Under the pieces are notes generated by a model. The model searched no databases and was not told the DNA's origin. It saw only the letters and a list, made by a program, of their open reading frames with translations. A stretch of DNA of 61,503 nucleotides, filler included. It is 3 parts of 3 records of this genome, joined end to end, with 100 filler letters (N's around TTAATTAATTAA, not from the genome) between each part and the next. Parts side by side here need not be neighbours in the genome. Positions count along the whole stretch, not along the records: positions 35,098 to 61,503 come from SRR20825019_2615; 2 more parts are not named here. One strand, 5' to 3'. Each line of letters begins with the position of its first letter. The stretch's first letter is position 1. Positions 52,320 through 61,503 of this stretch are shown here, piece by piece. The position numbers and the translations under genes are program-made.

Positions 52320-52505
52320 ATGCCCAAGGCTGCGAAGGAAACAGAGAAGGTTAAGAGGACCCCCACTCCTTACAACCAGTTCATGAAGGACCAGATTGCT
52401 AAGATCAAGAAGGACACTCCAGGAATTGCACACAAGGAGGCCTTCAAGCAGGCTGCCCTTAGGTGGTCTACTGCCAAGGAGAACCCCAAGAACGCGGGCA
52501 AGTAG
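52320..52505 (+). CDS. 61-aa stand-alone YABBY/HMG-box-like DNA-binding protein
   Basis: KRTPTPYNQFMKDQIAKIKKDTPGIAHKEAFKQAALRW resembles the YABBY core (PSAYNxFxKxEIxRIKxxxPxIxHREAFxxAAKNW). Confidence 0.8.
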   Translation: MPKAAKETEKVKRTPTPYNQFMKDQIAKIKKDTPGIAHKEAFKQAALRWSTAKENPKNAGK

Positions 52506-52833
52506 ATTCTCTGTCACTACTGGAGATGGAGTGTTTCCGTCAAAACTGCAGTTGGGAATACTTCAACGAATCAAGGACAAGAATTTGTAATACTACTAAG
52601 TCGAGGAATAAACAAGGATAGATCTCCACTGAGACAATATACTGCCCATGTAATCGCCCTGTGAGCTGGAAGCGAGAATTCAAACCCAAGAAGCTCGAGC
52701 CGCACTTCAGCGGCATATTGGACTCAACAAAACCAACACCGTAGTTAAGATCCTCGCCTCGTTCACAACACTATCCTGCCTTCGCAGTTACCGGGTAGGC
52801 AACGAGAACCCTCCTCCACAGCATCTCACGCGC

Positions 52834-53693
52834 TTAGCCTTTGAAATACACCCTAAACTCCATCTTGGCATAGTCACTATCTGTGAGATGGGTGGCACCC
52901 TTAAAGGGGCCTGCCCACACTCTATCTGACCATCCTTCAAGGGGCCAGATAACACTGATAATAACTCCGCCTCTTTCGTATACATCTCTAAGCACATGCG
53001 ATAGTTTCTTCAGGCCTTCGGGCAAAATGAAAACGTAGACAATAGAAAACCCACTGAGATCCGTTGAGCAGATATCTCCAACCAAAAATGTTACTCTTGG
53101 TGAGCACGATGACTGAACAACAGCTTAAAATCACAATTTACAATTCAATACAGTACGAAAAGAGCTATACCTGTAAAGCCAGTTCCTTTGCTTTGACAAT
53201 CATTTCAGCGTCCAGGTCTACGCCAGTTGCATAAACTGAAGGGATTGCCTCAGCCAACCTGCATGCCACGCGACCATCTCCACAGCCCAAGTCTACCAGG
53301 GAGACAGTGCCTTCGCCACCCATCGCAAGACGGGGCACGAGCTCTTCCAAAACCTCGACTATGCTGTTGAAACACTCAGGCACCACTTTCAGTACCACCA
53401 TCGTTGTACTAACTTTTCAAGTACTCCTTCTTTGGTAGGCCTCCATGGACTTATGTAGCCATTACCCCTAACTGTGTACTGAGTACAAATTGTGGCTCAA
53501 AAGTTCGTATAGTGTCACCAACCAGTCATATGCAAACAGCTTTTTCTTCGACAAGTCAGGTTTTGACGCGTGCAGCGGATCATCTACGACACAATGAGAC
53601 CAAACCCCGTTGTCCAGTCCACGATCACCTACTAGGATCAATGCCCTCGAGATCTTCACTTTCGGGTACTCTCTTACCGGCGGAGCTTGACAT
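52834..53693 (-). CDS. Class I SAM-dependent methyltransferase (FAM173/ANTKMT-like), multi-exon
   Basis: Spliced reading gives FAYDWGNGYISPWRPT, VDLGCGDGRV, GVDLD, VTFLVGDI..DLSGFSIVYVFILPEGL. 5' exons and ATG 53693 are inferred. Confidence 0.7.
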
Positions 53694-54622
53694 TGGTGAT
53701 TAAATATCAAAATGGGAGCCTGCTCGTTTTTGATGCCCTAATACTTCCACAAGTTTTGCGGCACACTGAAAACACAAAATAGACTAAACGTAGTATTAGC
53801 TAATTTCACGTTCTCGAAGATCTTAGAACACATAAGCTGTTGCTAGTTGCTGTACACATCATACTTGGTGGTTTCGTGTATGTCCCAGCTAGGCGTGTCG
53901 ACGGCAGAGCGGCACGTGCAGCACCTACCGGGAACGACGCGTAGCCAGTGAGGACGCCGGGGGCTGGGAAGCGTAGCTCAGTCACCAAGCTACGAAACTA
54001 CCCCCCCCCCCCCCGCCCCCATCCCACTCCGCGACCGGCCGCCGTTAGTGAGTGTCCTGGCACTGCGCTCACCGCTTCACCAAAACTTGGATTTTAGTTT
54101 TCCGGCCTGACTGCGGCGGCCGGCCTGGCCCCGGAGACGACCTCCTAAGGTCTCAGTAGGGGCCGGGGGAGGGAAGGCCTCCGGACCAGCGGGCTAGGAC
54201 CACTGCCGGCGCCGCAACCCAGCGGCGCCCGCCGCCCCTTGCGCTGCGCTTCAGTCATCAGCCGCGGTCGCGGTAGGGCCCAAACCGAATGGGCCGGACG
54301 ATATTATTTCCGTCCATTAACTGCTAGCCCATGCAACACACTGAAATTGAATGGAGAAGAGTTCCAGTATCGGACATTTCGAGGCTGGCCCACAGTGATT
54401 CCATGATACTGGGCGACAGTGACGGGTCCATGCGCGGGGCCGTGATCCCGGGCTCGAGTCGGAGCTTCAGGTGAGCTCGGATTGCCGTACCCAGGCGAGC
54501 CTTTCCTCGACCAAACGCTATTCAATCCTCTATCTCGGAGACACATGACATCCCTGTACTTTGTGTCCTCCGAAGAGTTTAAAGTATTCTCCGGGGAGAC
54601 ACAGAGATATACAGGAATCGAG

Positions 54623-56179
54623 ATGGCAGCTCCCCATGTACCGCAGTTGCCCGGGCTAATTATCGAGAAGTGCCCTCAAGAAGATCGCGGAAGAGGCCTC
54701 TTTGCGACGGTACGATGTTCCATTTGTGGCGGTACTGAGGGGCTCAATATTTGGTTCAGAGGGCGTTCAAGGCTGGAGAAGTATTGTTCACGGAGTCTCC
54801 CTTAGTTTCGATGCAGACGTTGCCCAACCGCCAAGATGTCCCCATCTGTGCCAACTGTTGTGCATTCGTTGGAACAAAGGAGCAGAACATTGACCTACTA
54901 TGCCGTCGGACTGCTCGAGCAAATATGCAGCCCTCAACATGGTCTCTCCCGGCTTCATTTCCTGGTAAGACGATATTTCGCAGCTAGATCTCACCGTCTT
55001 TGCCGACAATTTACGTTGGTAGATCCCAAGGCGTCTAAGCCGGTTGCCATGTGCCCGCAAGCTTGTGGTGAAACATTCTGTTCTGATGCATGCGCTTTCC
55101 ATGCGCTCACCAAGGGAGCTCACGGATTGCTGTGCGTGGGACCTTTACCTGAAGATCATCCTTTGCTTCAGTTCAAGGTTCATGCAATGCAAACCAACGA
55201 GATATTCCTTATGGCTGCGTCCGTGATTGCATCAATCATTGCAGATGTCAACAATGGGGCCTCTCTTCAGGCGGCATCTGCTCCTTACACATGTACGACG
55301 TCGACAATTAGAAGCTAATCCAATCTGACTAATGTAACTAGGGTTTGTTCGAGGACCGTGGTGGGAGGTAGCTCAGCCCGATGATGACGAGGAAGATGAA
55401 CGCGAAATCGCGAAATGGCGAGCGGGCCTCAAGGAGCAAGCAAAGGAGAGCATTACCTTACTCCGTGCCGCCTTGGGGGACCGACCTGGCTTTGAACCAC
55501 TGTTCACCTTGGAGGCATTTGGTGATATCATTGGAATGTTTGAACTTAATAACGTCGGGATTCTCCAGCCATCCCCTGTGAATGAATGGTTTGTTCATGC
55601 TGACAGAATTGGGGGGGATATTAGAGAAAGCGCACTTGCTTCATTGCGACCAATTGCGGAAACCATTAAGGCAGTCAAGCTGGCCGAAGATCCCGACGAC
55701 TGTGAAGACTGTGACGATGAAGGAGAAGATGGATGTGAGACACAAAGTGAACTTGCACAGCTCGCCAACACGAGTTTCCCTCCTCTTGATGGAACCGGTC
55801 TTTTCACATATGTATGCTCTATGAATCATTCTTGCTTGCCTTTAGCTACGACCAGTAAGTATTCATGACCTTGCGTGTTTCACTGTCTAAACTTGATTTT
55901 CTAGCATATATGAATGATCCAAACAACGGAAGGCTCTTGGCCAAAGTAACAGCCCTTGTTGACATTCCGGCGGGAGTGGAAATCACGCACAGCTACATTG
56001 AAAGAGAGCTGGACGAGGAGGACCGGCTCGACGTTGACGAACGCAGGGCGCGGCTGAAAAAGTATGTTTTACACTTACCCTTGCTAGCCAACACTAATAT
56101 TTCCCCTTCCAGCTATGGATTCTACTGCCAGTGTGAGCGGTGCATGGCTGAGAGCAGTGCTCCCGAGAGTTCACAATGA
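54623..56179 (+). CDS. SET-domain lysine methyltransferase, SMYD5/ATXR2-like, multi-exon
   Basis: RGRGLFAT|RAFKAGEVLFTESPLV, MYND-like CANC/CPQACGETFCSDAC, MNHSCLP, EITHSYI, post-SET YGFYCQCERC. Introns include 54710-54759, 54965-55022, 55293-55341. Confidence 0.88.
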
Positions 56180-56590
56180 TCAACACAATGATCAACATAT
56201 TGGAAACGCAGATACCATGATGTATCTATATATAGAGAACGCTTTTGATTCGCGCCAAATCAAACACGGCCCCGGACCGGGTGAACGCCGAGCCGCCGGG
56301 CCGGCGGCCGCGGCGCGCCCCGCGGCGGCAAGGAAATGGCCCGGCCCGGACGGCGCCCCTCACTCGGCCCGTGGGCTCCGCGCTCGGCTGGCGCCCGGGC
56401 GGCACGCGGCGGCCGCCAGTGCCCGGGCCCCGCCCGGCCGCGGGGCGACCCTGTACGTGGGCACCAACTGTGACCCAATGTCTTCGAGTAACTTTTAGTA
56501 TGCACATAAACATTTTATGGTCATAAGAGTACGTAGACAGAGTGGTTGTAACGAGGTGTAAGGTGCCTCCTACTCGCTCAACTTTACAAT

Positions 56591-57736
56591 ATGTTTAAGA
56601 GAATGGGGTTTAAGTCGTCATTGCCCAGTCAGGCCAAGAAACCTGCGGGAGCAGCGACATTTTCTTGTAAATTGTGCAAGGAACGAATCGTTTTGAGTCA
56701 ACTATCAGAACATCAAAAGTATTGCTCAAAAGGAGAGAATCCCTTGCCGAAACCAGAGCCTGAAGTGCAGCCTGTGTCCGCGACAAGAAAGAGAATAATA
56801 CAGGATAGCGATTCCGAGAGCGATGCGGAACGCCCTAGGAAAGTTGTGAAAGTGGCCAATGCAAGACCTGAACCTACCAGAGTGACGAAGGTCAAGGAAG
56901 AAAATCATCTTAACAAAGGCAGCCCGAAACAGAAGGAAAGTGAAGTGAAGCTTTCGAACTCCAAAAAGGTGAACAAAAGTGGTTCTGTGACCCAACCTGC
57001 TAAAGGAAAACCGTCCAAAGAGAAACTCATCGTGGAAGAAGAAGAAGAAAGTAGTCACGATGAGAGCAGCTCTTCAATCGATTCTACAGAAGACTCTGAA
57101 GATAGTTCATCAGAGTCTTCTGACGACCGCACTCCGCTTGCCAAGGTTGTTGTACCTAAGAAAAACAAGGAAGCCAAGAAAGGATCCCGTAAGGAAAACG
57201 TCCACTCAAACGAAAAAAGAACAGGCGCCACGACTAATCATGGGGATAATGTGGGGGGTAAAAGTCCTCTTGGTAGTCCTAAGTGTGGTTTCTGTTCTAA
57301 GGAATTCGAGACTGCTAAATCGGTAACCTCTCACTATGCGAGCTGCAAGGTTAGGGTTGCTTTGAAAGCAATAGGATCTCAAATTAGTTCAAAAAAAAGC
57401 GAAAACGTTAGCGAAGTTGTGGTTAAGGAGGAGTCAAGTGATGACGGGGAAAAGAAAACAAACATTGCAACCAAAACTGAAGCCAAGAAGAACCAGGCAT
57501 TACCTGAGAAGGCTGCTGGAAGTTCCGGCAAGGACGCCGAAAAGAAGGCAAATCCCGAACCAAGAGGATCGAAGAAGTTGTCTACACACCGGGAAACGCC
57601 ACTGCGTGCAACGAAGTCTGTGCCTTTGAAAGGGCGGACGTCAAGTGCAAGAGCGGCGAAGAGCCGCAATAACGGTGATATATACACGGATGACGAGTTG
57701 GAAAAAGGTAAGTTGCTGGGCATTCTTACGTGTTAG
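56591..57736 (+). CDS. Lys/Ser/Glu-rich protein with two C2HC-type zinc fingers
   Basis: CKLC...HQKYC and CGFC...HYASC in a low-complexity ORF. A GTAAGT donor near 57708 suggests a further 3' exon. Confidence 0.65.
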   Translation: MFKRMGFKSSLPSQAKKPAGAATFSCKLCKERIVLSQLSEHQKYCSKGENPLPKPEPEVQPVSATRKRIIQDSDSESDAERPRKVVKVANARPEPTRVTKVKEENHLNKGSPKQKESEVKLSNSKKVNKSGSVTQPAKGKPSKEKLIVEEEEESSHDESSSSIDSTEDSEDSSSESSDDRTPLAKVVVPKKNKEAKKGSRKENVHSNEKRTGATTNHGDNVGGKSPLGSPKCGFCSKEFETAKSVTSHYASCKVRVALKAIGSQISSKKSENVSEVVVKEESSDDGEKKTNIATKTEAKKNQALPEKAAGSSGKDAEKKANPEPRGSKKLSTHRETPLRATKSVPLKGRTSSARAAKSRNNGDIYTDDELEKGKLLGILTC

Positions 57737-57947
57737 CATTGTGGTAACTCCTTCACTAGCTGAGACGACCCTCATCATATTTAACCGCAAGAGTCTATTG
57801 AAAAGACTGGTGGCAACGACTACACAGGGTGATCCCAATATTTTTCTCTCACGCACGGTGTCCGTTTAGAGTTTAAATAATCTTAGGCGATAAATATAGA
57901 GCAACATCGCTTCACAACAAAATTTATACAACCTTTATCTATCTAAT

Positions 57948-59609
<1,662 letters not shown>

Positions 59610-60509
59610 GTTGGACTGTTTTCTGCACTAGTAAAAGACATTAAAGAGTTGCCGGTATTTAAGTGGTGAGCAGGTGCACCGATTCTTGGCAGAATTCTTG
59701 GCAGGATGTTGCACGACGGCTCCACGGGTGTAGGTTCAAAATCACGGTTGCGGCTCAGTGGGGACTAGCTTGGCTTCACTGGCGTGACACTCCTGCGTCT
59801 GTATACTCTCGTTGATGGGTGGACTGCTTTGGGGTCCATTGTCGCACTATCAAGTGACATCATTGGCCGGAGGCTGGTACCGTGGTCGGAGTGTCCTGTA
59901 TCCAGCATAGTAAGCTTCTAATGTGGCCGAGCCCGGAGGCTTACCCTGACCCGCCGGATTCAGTCTTGGCTAGGCGTACGACCTTTGATTGCTGGCCTGT
60001 GGCCAGGCTGGCTGCAGTGGCTCAGTGGTCGTCGGTGGTCGGAGTCAGGTAGGCCGGTAAGCGGTCCAACATCACGGTAAGGGTGTCCCAAAATAGATCG
60101 GCGGCCCGGTCGGGAATCACGAGGCATCAATCTCCAGATGGCGTGTGTCCACGGCAGTCCGGTCAGGGCCGGGCCCGCGGCAGGCCACTGCCCCCGGCCA
60201 ATGCGTGGTCACGCAGTCATTAAGTCGAGACGGACGGCATGACGAGCAGCACTGGCGTGTCGCAGCCGTTGATTGTACCGGTCAGCGTCAGAGGCTTGAC
60301 CACAGCGCGTACCGAGCAGTGTAGGCCCCGCCACCACTCAGCTAAGCAAATACACTGCCTGCGTTAGCGCCGCACGCTGGTTGAGAAGGTTTGCCACGGC
60401 CAGACACGCTGAGCACTCCCAGTATGCCGAGCAGAGGACCAGAAGTCAACTCTCATATAAACTGACCTCTACCTCTTCCCTCAGGGTGAGAATACTCCTT
60501 ATTGTCATC

Positions 60510-61503
60510 ATGTCGTACGCCATGAGGGGAGAGAGACACGGTGAGTCCTTTTGGCAGGAGGAACGAAAGTCAAATGTGGGCTACAAGTTGCTATCTAGCA
60601 TGGGATGGTCTGAGGGTCAGGGACTCGGAAAAGACAAGGCTGGCAGGACTAAGTGCCTCACCATATCAAAGAAAAAGAATATGTCTGGAATCGGTGGGGC
60701 AGCAAAGGTCGATGAAAGTTTCCTGGCCATGAAAGATATGTACAACGGTCTCTTGGAGAGACTGAACTCTGGAAAGGACGATGACGAAACTGCTGGTCAA
60801 AACACATCTCAGGCTGTCAACACCGTCAAGGGCACCATTGCCAAGCGGCAGCTGTATGGGCGCTTCAAGCGTGCTAAGGACACGAGTAACTATTCGTCTG
60901 AGGCGATGGCCGAAATCTTGGGAAAGAAGGCGGAAGACAAGCCACAAGAGGAAGAGAAATCAGCACCTGAGGACTCGAGCAATCTTGTTGACTCTCTGCA
61001 AACAACTACAAATAAGTCTGGAATTGCTGACTACTTCAAGCAGAAGATGATGCAGAAGGTGACTAACCAGAAGAGTCAGTTCAAGGTATCCAGTGGGAAA
61101 GGGTTCACTGAGGGTTGGCAAACCAGCTATTATGAAACTATGCAGGCAAGAGCCACGTCTGGAAGAGGGGGGCTGGGGGCCGGGCTGGGGGCTGGGGGCC
61201 TTGGAGCTGATAGCTTCAACTGGGACCCAACTTCAAATGGCAAAGTAGAGGATAATAAGAAGGAAACAGCCGCGTTACCGAGCAAGACGGTTGAAAAGGA
61301 GAAGGATAAGAGTGCACGAAAAGCTGAAAAGAAGGCAAAGAAAGAGGCCAAACGCAAGGCCGAGGAGGCAGCCGTTGAGGCCAACGAGCCTGTTGCTAAG
61401 CGCACGAGGAGGCTCAGCAGCGCAGGAGCAGATGATCTCGCACATGCTGATGAAGCTTTGCGAAAAGCCGAAAAGAAGAAGGAAAAGAAGGAAAAGAAGG
61501 AAA
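60510..61503 (+). CDS. G-patch protein, PinX1/Pxr1(Gno1)-like, 3'-truncated
   Basis: Absent from the ORF track because it runs off the window. Reads SNVGYKLLSSMGWSEGQGLGK, YNGLLERLN, YGRFKRAKD, MAEILG, IADYFKQKM, then a KKE-rich tail. Confidence 0.85.
   Translation, partial: MSYAMRGERHGESFWQEERKSNVGYKLLSSMGWSEGQGLGKDKAGRTKCLTISKKKNMSGIGGAAKVDESFLAMKDMYNGLLERLNSGKDDDETAGQNTSQAVNTVKGTIAKRQLYGRFKRAKDTSNYSSEAMAEILGKKAEDKPQEEEKSAPEDSSNLVDSLQTTTNKSGIADYFKQKMMQKVTNQKSQFKVSSGKGFTEGWQTSYYETMQARATSGRGGLGAGLGAGGLGADSFNWDPTSNGKVEDNKKETAALPSKTVEKEKDKSARKAEKKAKKEAKRKAEEAAVEANEPVAKRTRRLSSAGADDLAHADEALRKAEKKKEKKEKKE

Overview
This window is not one replicon. It holds three contigs joined by artificial 100-nt spacers (N44-TTAATTAATTAA-N44) at 27378-27477 and 34998-35097. 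Contig 1 (1-27377) is bacterial, probably Verrucomicrobiota/Opitutae (my impression from the proteins, not a search result). It carries housekeeping genes (aspC-like, malK-like, secG, parB, fmt, der, ffh, ada-alkA, ogt, trpF, hemD, hemC, ilvC, ilvN), two PAS sensor kinases, two GTAG-type REP doublets, a duplicated in-frame 21-bp palindrome inside ogt, and a tRNA-Val(TAC) cut by the contig end. Contigs 2 (27478-34997) and 3 (35098-61503) are from a gene-dense microbial eukaryote with short GT-AG introns (about 50-65 nt). Contig 2 encodes one ~2024-aa type I membrane protein (PA14, four copies of an unnamed Cys module, two VWD domains). Contig 3 encodes PHYH, RPA1, a degenerate AMP-binding protein, an ATRX/ARIP4-like SNF2 ATPase, an alpha/beta hydrolase, a LicD-family protein, a 61-aa YABBY/HMG-like protein, a SAM methyltransferase, a SMYD5-like SET protein, a Zn-finger Lys-rich protein, RIO2 and a PinX1-like G-patch protein. 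Very GC-rich islands lie upstream of most of these genes. I found no CRISPR array, prophage or transposase. All calls come from reading motifs by eye; no searches were run.
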